This document shows positions 11,601 through 26,861 of a stretch of 64,000 nt of DNA, one piece after another. The stretch is from Octopus vulgaris. Its lineage: Eukaryota. The stretch spans positions 45,632,001-45,696,000 of the forward strand of contig OX597825.1 in assembly GCA_951406725.2 (NCBI GenBank). The letters run 5' to 3'. A program made the position numbers and the translations under genes. The notes under the pieces were generated by a model. The model had not been told where the DNA came from. It did not search any database and saw only the letters and a program-made list of their open reading frames with translations. Positions within the stretch are counted from its first letter, which is position 1. Each line of letters begins with the position of its first letter.

Positions 11601-14600
11601 TGCGTCATCTCTTGGGTAAATATGTTATTTGATTGATCAAAAAGTTCACAAAAACAGCAAAAGTTAGTATACAAAATGTGTAAGAATATTGAAATTGGGA
11701 CAAATAACAACAAATTTGAATTTTCAAAATTGTTCACTTTTATTGCATTTGATTTTTATTAATCTTGTGACTCGAGTTAATAGAAGTTAACAGATTGATA
11801 AAATTGCAAATTCAAATTTGTTGGTTTCAGTATTTATTTGCAATTATTTGACACTTGTTGTATCCTGAAGACTTTTAAGACTATAGTGATTTCTTGGATA
11901 TTTATCCTTGCAATTTTATCCTTTTATGCTCATTCGCAATATTTGGAAACAGTTATATTTACAGTTATATTCTAAAAAGTTACAAAGACTTGAGCGATCT
12001 CTTTGGTAAATATAAATTTTTTGATTGATCAAGTTCACAAAAACATTTTGACGTTTTCTCAGTTAACTAAATCAGTTAACTTATATTTTCAGACAACAAA
12101 ACGTATCAAAATATTGTAAATAAGCATAAAAAGTAAACAAAATTGCAAAATTAAATTTGTTTTACTGAAGTCGCAAAACTTTTCAGAAAACAAAGCGTGT
12201 CAAAATATTGCAAATAAGCATAAATAGTATATATAAGCATAAGAACACTTTCAGAAAAATGTTACATTTGCTTTACTGACAACTTTTTAGATAGGATAAA
12301 TATATTATTATCAATCAATTAACTTATATATACCCATTCAGAAAACAAAATGTATCAAAATATTGTAAATAAGCATAAAAAAGTGAACAAAATTGCAAAT
12401 TTAAATTCGTTTTCTAGTACTTATTTACAATATTTTGTCACATCTTGTATACTGAATAGTTTTGTGATAAATATAATCGTATTAGCAATTGTCTTTTGAA
12501 AGCAAAATGATTTAAAATATTGCAAATAAGCATAAAGAAGAAAACAAAATTGCTTATTGAATGTTGTTACTTAATATTTTAAAACATTTGCTTTACTGAA
12601 AACTAGTCAGATTTAAGTGCAAGTCACGTTGTTTTTAGTATTTATTTGCAATATTTTGACACTCGTTTCATCCTGAAGATCTCTTGGACTGTTGTTTTCT
12701 AGTCCTAATTACATTATTTTGACACATTTTGTATACTGAAAAGTTTTGATATGTTTCATAAATATAATCTTATCAATTAAAGTTAGTTAACTTATATTTA
12801 TTTAAGTCAAAAGTGTTTTGAGAAAAAATGTCAAAATATTTTCAACTTATAATGTTTTTGTGAAGTTTTTGATCAATCAAATAACTTATATTTACCCAAA
12901 AGATCACTTAAGTCACAAAGACTTTTAGAAAACAAAATGTTTCGAAATATTGCGAATGAGCATGAAAGGATAAAATTGCAAATTTAAATTTGTTGGTATT
13001 TATTTGCAACTCTTTGACACTTGTCCTGAAGACTTTTAAGACTATATTGATTTCTTGGATAAATACAATTTTATCAATCAGTTAACTTTAAAGTATTATG
13101 AAAATCAAATGCATCAAAAGTGAACAATTTTGCAAATTCAAATTGTCCCAATTTCAATATTTTTACACATTTTCTATCCTAAAAAGTGAACACAATTGCT
13201 AATTCGAATTTGTTGACTTCTAGTACTTAATATTTTGATACATTTTGTATCCTGAAACTTTTGAGACTTCAGTGATCGCTTGGATAAATAGTCAATCAGT
13301 TAACTCAAGTCACAATAGGTTTTAGAAAACCAAATGTCAAAATATTGCAAATAAGCATAAAAAAGTGAACAAATTTGCTATGCTGCTAATTCAAATTTGT
13401 TGTCTTTTCGTTCGTACTTATGCCAACTGGAGAGCAAGCCAAAAGGGGTGCAAGGCAAAAGGAGAGAAAGCCAAAAGGAGAGCAAGCAGAAAGGAGAGCA
13501 AGCCAACTGGGAAGAAGGCCAATAGGAAAGCAAGCTAAAAGGAGTGCAAGGCAAAAGGAGAGCAAGCCAAAAGTAGAGCAAGCAGAAAGGAGAGCAAGCC
13601 AATAAGCAATTTTGTTTTTTCTTTATGCTTATTGGCAATATTTTAAAACATCTTACTTTCAAAAGATATTTGTGACTTGCGTTAGCTGATTATATTTATC
13701 AAAGAGAGCACAAATACTAGAAAACAACAAATTTAAATTTGCAATTTTATTCACTTTTTATGCTTATTTACAATATTTTGAGTGATCTCTAAAAAGTTGA
13801 CCGTAAAGCAAATGTGACATTTTTCTGATTAACTGATTATTAAATTATAATCATCAAAGAGATCACAAAAACGTGAAAAGTTTTCAGTATACAAAATGTG
13901 TCAAAATATTGCAAATAAATATTTGCAATTTATTTCACTTCAGCTTCTTTGCAATATGTTGACATTCTGTTTTCGAAAAAGTTATGTGATTTGCGTGATC
14001 TCTTGGGTAAATATGTTATTTTATTGATCAAAAAGTTCACAAAAACAGCAAAAGTTAGTATACAAAGTGTGTAAGAATATTGAAATTGCAAATAAGCATA
14101 AAAAAGTGAACAAATTTGCTATGCTGCTAATTTAAATTTGTTGTCTTTTCGTACTTATGCCAACTGGAGAGCAAGCCAAAAGGGGTGCAAGGCAAAAGGA
14201 GAGAAAGCCAAAAGGAGAGCAAGTAGAAAGGAGAGTAAGCCAACTGGGAAGAAGGCCAATAGGAGAGCAAGCTTAAAGGACTGAAAGGAAAAAGGAGAGC
14301 AAGCCAAAAGTAGAGCAAGCAGAAAGGAGAGCAAGCCAATAAGCAATTATGTTTTTTCTTTATGCTTTTTGGCAATATTTTAAAACATCTTGCTTTCAAA
14401 AGATATTTGTGACTTGCGTTAGCTGATTATATTTATCAAAGAGAGCACAAATACTAGAAAACAACAAATTTAGATTTGCAATTTTATTCACTTTTTATGC
14501 TTATTTACAATATTTTGTGTGATCTCTAAAAAGTTGACCGTAAAGCAAATGTGACATTTTTCTGATTAACTGATTATTAAATTATAATCATCAAAGAGAT

Positions 14601-16194
14601 CACAAAAACGTGAAAAGTTTTCAGTAAACAAAATGTGTCAAAATATTGCAAATAAATATTTGCAATATGTTGATATTCTGTTTTCGAAAAAGTTATGTGA
14701 TTTGCGTCATCTCTTGGGTAAATATGTTATTTGATTGATCAAAAAGTTCACAAAAACAGCAAAAGTTAGTATACAAAATGTGTAAGAATATTGAAATTGG
14801 GACAAATAACAACAAATGTGTAAGAATATTGAAATTGGGACAAATAACAACAAATTTGAATTTTCAAAATTGTTCACTTTTATTGCATTTGATTTTTATT
14901 AATCTTGTGACTCGAGTTAATAGAAGTTAACAGATTGATAAAATTGCAAATTCAAATTTGTTGGTTTCAGTATTTATTTGCAATTATTTGACACTTGTTG
15001 TATCCTGAAGACTTTTAAGACTATAGTGATTTCTTGGATATTTATCCTTGCAATTTTATCCTTTTATGCTCATTCGCAATATTTGGAAACAGTTATATTT
15101 ACAGTTATATTCTAAAAAGTTACAAAGACTTGAGCGATCTCTTTGGTAAATATAAATTTTTTGATTGATCAAGTTCACAAAAACATTGTTGACAATATTT
15201 TGACGTTTTCTCAGTTAACTAAATCAGTTAATTTATATTTTCAGACAACAAAATATTGTAAATAAGCATAAAAAGTAAACAAAATTGCAAAATTAAATTT
15301 GTTTTACTGAAGTCGCAAAACTTTTCAGAAAACAAAGCGTGTCAAAATATTGCAAATAAGCATAAATAGTATATATAAGCATAAGAACACTTTCAGAAAA
15401 ATGTTACATTTGCTTTACTGACAACTTTTTAGATAGGATAAATATATTATTATCAATCAATTAACTTATATATACCCATTCAGAAAACAAAATGTATCAA
15501 AATATTGTAAATAAGCATAAAAAAGTGAACAAAATTGCAAATTTAAATTCGTTTTCTAGTACTTATTTACAATATTTTGTCACATCTTGTATACTGAATA
15601 GTTTTGTGATAAATATAATCGTATTAGCAATTGTCTTTTGAAAGCAAAATGATTTAAAATATTGCAAATAAGCATAAAGAAGAAAACAAAATTGCTTATT
15701 GAATGTTGTTACTTAATATTTTAAAACATTTGCTTTACTGAAAACTAGTCAGATTTAAGTGCAAGTCACGTTGTTTTTAGTATTTATTTGCAATATTTTG
15801 ACACTCGTTTCATCCTGAAGATCTCTTGGACTGTTGTTTTCTAGTCCTAATTACATTATTTTGACACATTTTGTATACTGAAAAGTTTTGATATGTTTCA
15901 TAAATATAACCTTATCAATTAAAGTTAGTTAACTTATATTTATTCAAGTCAAAAGTGTTTTGAGAAAAAATGTCAAAATATTTTCAACTTATAATGTTTT
16001 TGTGAAGTTTTTGATCAATCAAATAATTTATATTTACCCAAAAGATCACAAGTCACAAAGACTTTTAGAAAACAAAATGTTTCGAAATATTGCGAATGAG
16101 CATGAAAGGATAAAATTGCAAATTCAAATTTGTTGGTATTTATTTGCAACTATTTGACACTTGTCCTGAAGACTTTTAAGACTATATTGATTTC
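8622..16194 (+). repeat. Higher-order tandem duplication, 2361-bp unit
   Basis: The anchor attgcaaataagcataaaaaagtgaacaaatttgctatgc occurs at 8622, 10983, 13344 and 14085. Identical spurious ORFs occur at 8664, 11025 and 14127. Confidence 0.9.
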
Positions 16195-17531
16195 ATACCA
16201 GCTGATGCATTATCCAAATTTCCTGTGTTCACTTTCGTCTCCTGCAATTTGATTGCTGTCGCCACACACCAACCTTTTTTGGACTCTTTGGAGACTTCTT
16301 CCAACGAATAATTGCAGATTTGAATTCCTACCAATCTTCCATCTGCTAAAAGATCTGCTGAAATACTTACGTCTTCCATCCTTTGTGGACCGCTTGTTCC
16401 ACATCATCATCAGTGTACTATTTCCAATGCTCTTCATTCCAATCACATTCCTGCATAGCCTTCACGATAAGGCTCAATACAACCCATTTCTTCTGACCGT
16501 CACTAGTTGGACACGTTTGTATTGTCAACGTCCCAAGGTCCTTAGACATATTCGTGCTCCTCTCGAAAAATTCAGCCCACCGGATGCTCGTTTCCGTCAT
16601 GTCAACATCGACATTGTTGGACCATCGCCCATTAGTCGCGGTTTCACGAGCCTCTTGACTTGCATCGATTGCTTCTCTCGATGGCCTGAAAACATACCTC
16701 TGATTGACACCACAGCCCAAGCGTTCATTTCCAATTGCTTTGGTGTCCCATCTAAAATAACCACTGATAGGGGACGCCAGTTTGAAGCTTCTTTATTTTG
16801 TAAAATACTCTTGGGTGCTCATCGAATTCATACCATGGAATTATAGAACAATTCCACAGACAGTTAAAAGCTGCACTACGCGCTACTCCTGATCTGCAAC
16901 GTTGGAGCGAATTCCTACCCTGGTTGCCGTTCTGTTGTTAAGACACAGTTGATTCATCAGATTCTGATACATCATACATCAACAGACTTCGTTCTTACTT
17001 CTCCAATCTTCCACCAATGTCTCTGCGCGATTAATCCATTTCTTCTACTGTCCCATCAGATATCTCACGAAAAAACTTCATAGTCGACGTTAATGGTCAA
17101 AAAGAAACAATATCCATCACCTCTAAACTTTATATCACAAGAAGTGGCAGAACAGTACATTGGCTACAAAAATTATCCAGAACTATTTATATTTAACGTT
17201 GTATTACAAAACAAACTGCTTGCTATTTCTTTTACAAAAGAACATTTGTTCAAAACCATTTTTCTCATGCACATTTCACATTGTATTTTTCATATTGCCA
17301 TGTTTTGCATTTAGTTTGATGTGCATAGCTGTGTATAAAGGTTTGCTGCACCAAACTCTGCAATTATATTCAGTACCTATCACAATGCATGTATTGATTT
17401 TCTCCTATTTTACTACTTGTTTTGCAAGCACATATTTCTGCACATATTTCTGCTACGTCGTTTTGCTTCATATCTACCCTGGATCACTACAATGATTTTG
17501 CTTATCGACTTCTCGCCTGGGGAGGGAGTTA
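16195..17531 (+). mobile_element. Gypsy LTR retrotransposon 3' internal fragment (RNase H end and integrase), degenerate
   Basis: IPADALS at 16195 (RNase H end). Integrase core motifs FRHVNIDIVGP, LLTCIDCFSRWPE and FGVPSKITTDRGRQF. Polypurine tract ggggagggag at 17519-17528. Confidence 0.85.
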
Positions 17532-17953
17532 TGTAGTGACCCCTGACAGTCAAGCAGGAAAGCAAAATGAAAAAGGGATCTAACGAGAGTAATCTCTTCT
17601 GACCTTCTCGAAAATTCTAGAATTTTCCAACTAACTTCTGGATGACGTGGAAGTCAGGGACTTCAAGTTAATCCCTTATATAAAGGAACACATTTCTAAT
17701 TTCGCCCCACTCTTGCCTGTCGGTTCCTAGACATGCACTGAGACACGCCACGCATATATGTTCGCCTCATTTGCTTTGAGACGTGGTTGCAAAATATGTT
17801 CATGTGATGTTACAAACCTTTCCTTCAATTAACGCATTACATCCAGTAATAAATATGTTATGTCTTACAAATTCTTATTTTCTTGTCGTTGACGTACAAG
17901 ATAGTGACCCCTCTTTCTCGCATGCAAATGTAAAAAATATAGGATGTCACTCA
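17532..17953 (+). mobile_element. Gypsy 3' LTR
   Basis: Starts tgtagtgac just after the PPT and ends gtcactca (imperfect inverted terminus). Contains tatataaa (~17677) and aataaa (~17848). Confidence 0.7.
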
Positions 17954-18073
17954 CCGATGTCCTCTTAGGGTTAAAAAACATCGCATGTTAATCTCTTAAG
18001 GAGATTTCAGAACTAGAATTTTTGCTTGTTGCAAAATCAGCAACTGTATGTTCCTTTGAAATATATATATATA

Positions 18074-18148
18074 TCTATAATATAAAACTCAACTTGTGTG
18101 TATCTGTGTGTATCTGTGTGTTTAACTTCCCGGTACATCTCCTCCTAG
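18074..18148 (+). mobile_element. Possible Helitron 5' end
   Basis: tctataatataaaa follows a (TA)n run and precedes tgtgtgtatctg repeats. It resembles the 5' end of the Helitron at ~62820 (-). No matching 3' end was found. Confidence 0.35.
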
Positions 18149-18990
18149 CCAACAAATCGTAGAACCACCAAAAGTGGGTCACGATGATACGCTAGGGGAA
18201 ACCCTAGGTTTCGACGATAATCAGCTGGCCAGTCTGTTCCAACGTACATTCGGGCCGAAGGCACTGGATAATTTCCAGAAGTCTTTGGCTTGGCAGTGTT
18301 ACCGAGGAGCCTTACCTGTTCGAGATAAACTCGCAAGGCATGGTGCCCCAGTCAGCCCGACCTGCGCGAGATGTGGGCGAGACAGGGAAACCGTCTCGCA
18401 CGCGATCGTGCAGTGCCCGGAGGTGACAGACATGTGGGTTTATGCCGAACAACTGATGTCAAGTGGAGGAAGAGTACAGCTATCAGCCGAATCCATTGTG
18501 AAAATCAGCCCACCTGATTTCTTAACGAAAGAAGGTAAGAATTGTTTTCTCTCTGTGGTTTCAATTGCGAAACAGGCAGTATGGAAGACGCGGGTGAAAG
18601 GGATGCTAACAGGCGACTTCATCTCCGGTTCTAGTCTGGTGGAATACTTCAAATTCCACCTGAAAAGACAAATAGAACTGGAGAGGAGGAGCCTGAGTAA
18701 GAAAGTATTCGATGAAAGGTGGAAGAATGTGGCGAATAAAAGGTCCCTCACAAATGCGAGATAGACCTGGAAAAAAAGTAAACACAAGTCTAAGTGTCGT
18801 GGCGGGGAGCGTGGGGTCCGCGGACCCGCCCCACTGCATTCTGTCAATTTGTAAATGTGTCTTTGTAATTGTAATTGTAATTTCATTCGATTTTATTGTT
18901 CAGTCATAATTTTTAAATTGATCCCACAAAGCATCTTATTGTATCATGTCATGTTCTTGTCTATGTCGCCCCTAGTGGGTAATAAAGAAT
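18149..18990 (+). mobile_element. Tx1/L1-clade LINE 3' fragment (zf-RVT domain and 3'UTR)
   Basis: ORF 18174-18764 has KSLAWQCYRGALPV and CARCGRDRETVSHAIVQC (CCHC zinc knuckle of L1/Tx1 ORF2). The 3' end is gtgggtaataaagaat. Confidence 0.8.
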
Positions 18991-19167
18991 TTGAAATTCG
19001 GCAAAGAAATGAATTTTCGGGATGTAGCCTGGAGGTTTTTTTCGCATTAATCGTTTGGACTTTGTGAACACATACCAATTGTTTTCATAACATTTTTAAC
19101 GCTTTGAATTAAATGTAACCATTTTGCGTTGAGTCTGCAGTTTGAATCACCTTAACCCAAAAAAAAA

Positions 19168-21623
<2,456 letters not shown>

Positions 21624-21670
21624 ATGTTGCGAGCAGAAGCGAGTTTCTACTATCTGTAGCAGATAAGGTG

Positions 21671-21888
21671 TCCAGTACTGGTAGAAATAGCCTGAAACGA
21701 GAACTAGTCTATTGATCCAGTCGCTGGAAAGTGGAAGGAGTTCGCTCCCTTGCTCGCAATTCCTTGGATGCAGCAAGAGGTGATGCTGCATCCAATGAAT
21801 TGCGAGCAAGGGAGCGAACTCCTTCCACTTCCCAGCGACTGGATCAATAGACTAGTTCTCGTTTCAGGCTATTTCTACCAGTACTGGA
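21671..21888. repeat. Foldback inverted repeat, ~105-bp arms (MITE-like)
   Basis: tccagtactggtagaaatagcc...ggatgcagca pairs with tgctgcatcc...ggctatttctaccagtactgga across an 8-nt spacer, with few mismatches. Confidence 0.85.
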
Positions 21889-22169
21889 GGTGATGTTAAA
21901 ATATTCTGTTCAAACGGACAGCTATGTTAAGGTAGGTACAAATATTACTTATACATATATAAACACACACACACACGCACATACACACACATATATTTAT
22001 ATATATATATTTTTAATACTTAAGGAATATTAGGAGTGTATCTAGAAGTATTTATTAGCACAACAATCATTCCAGTGTCCCTAGCGCGCGTGCATATACA
22101 TGCACGCATTCATACGAAAAGGGACAGAAACACACGACCATATTGCACACGCGCATACACACAGACACA

Positions 22170-22703
22170 GCCATACGTACATACCTACATACATATATAC
22201 ATACATTTATACATACAAACATACATACATGCATGCATACGTACATACATACACATATACATGCCTGCATACATACATACATACATACATGCATGCATGC
22301 GTCCATGCATGCATTCATACATACATGCATGCGTGAGTGCATGCATACATACATACATAGATACATATATACATACATGCATAAATAAATACACTTACAT
22401 TCATACATATATACATGCATGCATACATACATACATGCATGCAGGAATGCATGTATGCATACATACATATATAATTACATACATACAAGCATGCATGCAT
22501 ACATAATACATAAATACATACATGCATGCATACATTCATACATACACACATACATACATGCATACATACATGCATGCCTGCATAAATGCATACATACATG
22601 CATGCATACATACATACATGCATGCATAAACACATACATGCAAACATACGTACTTACATACATACATACATGCATATATCCATGCATGCATGCATGCATT
22701 CAT
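22170..22703. repeat. Degenerate (CATA/CATG)n microsatellite
   Basis: Seen directly. Confidence 0.9.
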
Positions 22704-25700
22704 ACTGCTGAATTACACTCTCTTCCACATGCCGGACAGATATGATTAGCATTGTGTGTAACACTACCACCAGTGGCCAGGTTGTCACTCATCTGTCTAA
22801 CTTTATGACTACGAAGATGACTCTTGAGTCCAGCTTTACTGAGGCAGGGTCTTGCACAGACTCTGCATGTCAGCATCATAAGAAGACCCTTCCCATCTGG
22901 AACTGTAACAGCGATGCCCTTCCTGACATCCCTCTTTACTTTCTCATGTGCAGCTCGAGATTTCTCAAAAGTAGCTGTCCCCTCGTGCACAATCCTTCTC
23001 CACCTGCTACGATCAATAGCTATGCCCCCCCCCTCCATGTGTAAGGAGAGATGCACGCATCTCTTAAGGAAGCCTTCAGCAAGTCCTTATACGTCTTTTT
23101 TGGTTTATGTGGAGGTCTTTCTCCTTTAGCTAACTCTCCATAAAAGAGTTGTTTTGGCATCCTTGAATCCTTCATCCTGACCAGATGACCACTCCATCTG
23201 AGCCTTTGCTTTAACACAAGAGCTTCTATACTTTTGCACTGAGAGCCTTCCAATATTTCAAGATCACTGATGCAGTCCTCCCACTTAATGCCATAGATCT
23301 GTTTGAGATACATCTGATGGAAACGTTCCAGATGTTTAAGGTGGTATCGATATATGACCCACGTCTCACAGGCATAGAGAAGAGAAGGGAGCACACATGC
23401 CTTGTACCCCTTTATCTTTGTTTTTCTGCATATGTCTCACTGACTCCAGAGGCGCCTTTCTAGCCTTCCGAAAGCAACACTTGCTTTCCTAATCCTATAT
23501 GGAATTTCATCATCCAAATTGCTATATCTATTAATAGTGCTTCCCACGTAGACAAACTGATCAACTACATCAAGTCGTTTACCATACACATAGATATTTG
23601 GTACACTATACTGCTTACCAGGGGCAGGTTGGTACATGACAACAGTTTTCTTGAGATTGACTGTCAATCCTAAGGCAGTGAAAGTATCAGAGAATGCATT
23701 CAAAATGTGTTGTATATCAGTCTCTGTGTGCGCTACTAGCTCACAATCATCTGCATACAAAAGGTCTCTTATGATAGAGGTAAATACATTTGTTTTTGCA
23801 GCAAAGTGCCTAATATTAAATATGCTGCCAGAGGCTTGATAATGGATGTAAACATCATATCTGCAGTTTCTGAATGCAATACAGAAAACCATTGCAAAAT
23901 ATATGGAAAATATGGTCGGTGCCAGAATATCCCCTTGTTTCACTCTATTTTGTATTGAAATGGGCTCCGACATCTTCCCTCTAACATTAACCCTACCCTT
24001 CATGCCTTCATGAAAAGACCTAACCAAAGCAAGGAACTCTTCAGGATACCCAAGTTTCTGGAGGACTTTCCACAATGCTTTTCTATTAACGGTATTAAAG
24101 ACTTTTGTCAGATCGACAAAAACCTGATACAAATCCAGACCTCGTTCCACACACTTCTCCTGAAGCTGTCTAGCTGAAAAGATCATATCAGCACTGCCAC
24201 ATCCCACACGAAAGCCAGATTGCCTTTCTTGAAGAACACAATCTGCAATGTGTTTCAGCAGACGATCCAGAAGTACCCTGCATAAAACCTTTCTTACGAC
24301 AGACAGCAATGATACTCCTCTATAATTACCACAATCATTCCTGTTGCCCTTTACCTTATACAGGACAACCATTACTGTATCTCTCCAGTCCTCAGGTACA
24401 GATTCACTAGTCCATATCTTACCAAACAAAGAGTGAAGTTTCTCACCACCATGCTGTAACAACTCCGCATGTATGCCATCCATACTCGGAGACTTCCCAT
24501 TATTCAACCTTGAGACAGCCATTGCAGCTTCTTCCAACTTTGGTGGTTCTGCAAGTGCTGCCTTTACAGGTAATCCAGGGATGAGATTGAGAACATCCTC
24601 ACTAACTACAGACTGCTGATTCAAAAGTTCATCAAAGTGTTCTTGCCACCTTCGCAGAATTCCTTGTGAATCACGAAGAAGTTCTTTACCATCCCTGCTT
24701 CGAAGTGGTGTCATCAGGGAAGACGTCGGTCCATAAACTTCTCACAAGAGACCATACAACAGCATTGTGTTATTGGAATTTGATGCTGCCTGTATCTCAT
24801 CAGCCCTATTACTCCACCATGTATCCCTCATCTGAGAGAACCTTTGCTTCACACGTGATTTTACATCCTTGAGTTCCCTATGCAATACTTCCCTTTTCTG
24901 TGGCTTTGCTGACAAATAGCATAACAAAGTATGTCTTTTATGCAAATTAATCATCTATATGTTCATCATTTTCTTGATGCCTTCTTTGTATCAATCCCAG
25001 AACTTTCTTGACTATATCATAAACTGATATCTGCAGCATTCATTTCCTCTCGTAAAGTTCTCTTCACACTATTACACCTAAGACGATCAGCATTCAGTCT
25101 TTTAGGCAGAGTAATCCCTGCAGCTTGGATTTTATGTTTTGTGACTAATTTCACTTTTGTACATACTAGGCGGTGGTCAGTCCAATACACAGCTCCACAA
25201 AGAACACGAACACACTGCACATCCTGTCTGTCATGCACCCTAACAAGGATGTAATCCAGAATATGCCATTCTTTAGATGCCGGGTGCATCCATGTCGTCT
25301 TAAACTTATTCTTTTGTTGAAACATGGTATTGGTAACACACAGACGCAGCTCCGCACGCATCTGCAGCAAAAGCATGTCATTACTATTACACTTTCCCAC
25401 CCCATACTTTCCAATTACAGTCCATGTGTTAAAATCCCTACCCACTCTAGCATTAAAGTCACCCACTACGATGACTTTGTCTGCCTGAGGGATATTTCTT
25501 ATAATGCCCTTCAAAGCATGGTAGAAAGAAATTGTTTTGTCATCAGTACAGCACATAGTTGGAACATACACACTCACCAAGGTCACATAATTTCCTTTAA
25601 CCAAAAGAATTCTCGTGGACATAAGACGCTCGTTAATTCCGACTGGGAATTTTTCCAACTTGTCCACAAGAGTAGTCTTAACAGCAAGTGCCGCTCCAGC

Positions 25701-26470
25701 CTCTCCTCTTCATTCCTCCCTTTCCAAAAGAATGAATATTTCCACAAGATTCTGTAAGATGACCATCTCCAGGTAATCTCGTCTCAGATAAAGCAACAAT
25801 GTCAAGATCATAGCGTTGAAGCTCTTTTGCAACAAGCTCAATCCTTCTTTCAGGACATTCTGAGGACTTGCAGTCAAGAAGCGTCTGTACATTCCAACAG
25901 CCAATATTCAATATTTTATTTGATTCTATTATAGTAGCATGATGACGGCTGGGTTCAGACTGTGATGCTCTGGAGACCTTGCCGGGCCAGACTCTTTCAT
26001 CTGATGTGGTTCCAGAGTCCTTACTGCCATTTATTTTTATACTGTTTTGGTACATCATTGATTTTTTGCTTTTTAAGGCTACAGCCAGCCATTCAGTTGA
26101 GACTCACAGCACTATCAACAATCATGAATTAGTTAATCAATTTAATCAATCAATCAATGTTGTTATCGTGCAATGCCTGTGCAAAAAAATTTTTTTTAAA
26201 GTGAGGAAAGGCTGTGCACTGGGTCAATCCCACTCACTAAGCAACAGCAGCCATAATCTGAAAAGAAGAACAAGTCAACATCATCGGTAACCACTGAGCC
26301 GCAGGTTTTATGTCGGAGTTATCCCAGTTACCTGAGTTGCCTTCTCCTAGAAGGATGCCCTAACAAAGGCTAGGAGTCCTTCACTCCCAATGGTTTAACC
26401 GCACGATTGGGTATTCAGTCCGATTATTTCTATGTCCCTGTGCATGATACAGCCTTAAGCTGGATAAGAT
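22704..26470 (-). mobile_element. RTE (BovB-like) LINE, near full length, frameshifted
   Basis: APE motifs NIGCWNVQTL, IVALSETR, VGDFNARVG, HILDYILV and TDHRLV. RT motifs NYRGVSLL, FVDLTKVF, KQGDILAP and LLYADD. C-terminal RLRWSGH and a C2H2-like CRVC..H..H. Split over ORFs 25678-26058, 25017-25667, 23437-24714, 23020-23394 and 22700-23056. Confidence 0.92.
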
Positions 26471-26861
26471 TGATATAAGGAGAAAAAAAAACAAAAAAAA
26501 CATACGATATATATATATGTATGGAAAAAACATTGATATACAAAATATACATAAAATATATGATGTGAAGTATATAAAAATTTATATAATGAGCAAGCTA
26601 TAAAATATACAATATATAAAAATTAGTGAGAATAAGGCAGATATACAGTAAATATATAATTACACATTTATTGGATTGCCGTTGACCCTCAAGAGTTCCT
26701 CCGCCCTTTGACGGGATGAAAAACATACGTACATACATACATACATAAATTTACTCTTTAGTATTTCAAGATACTTTTATGTAATTTTGGTAAATATATC
26801 TGTTAAAATAAGATGTCAGTGTTATTTTCATTTTTGCATAATTTGCACCCTGTATATATAT

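Larger units (their letters stand above)
700..16194. repeat. Complex palindromic satellite block (~215-bp self-complementary monomer plus 16-bp arrays)
   Basis: Modules such as gtcaaaatattgcaaataagc / gtacttatttgcaatattttgac, ccaagagatcac / gtgatctcttgg and aattcaaatttgttg recur throughout in both orientations. An intact period of ~215 bp is seen between 795 and 1010. Confidence 0.9.

Noticed and set aside
700-16194. CRISPR-like repeat/spacer interpretation of the satellite
   Set aside because: There are no unique spacers of constant length and no cas genes, and the context is eukaryotic.
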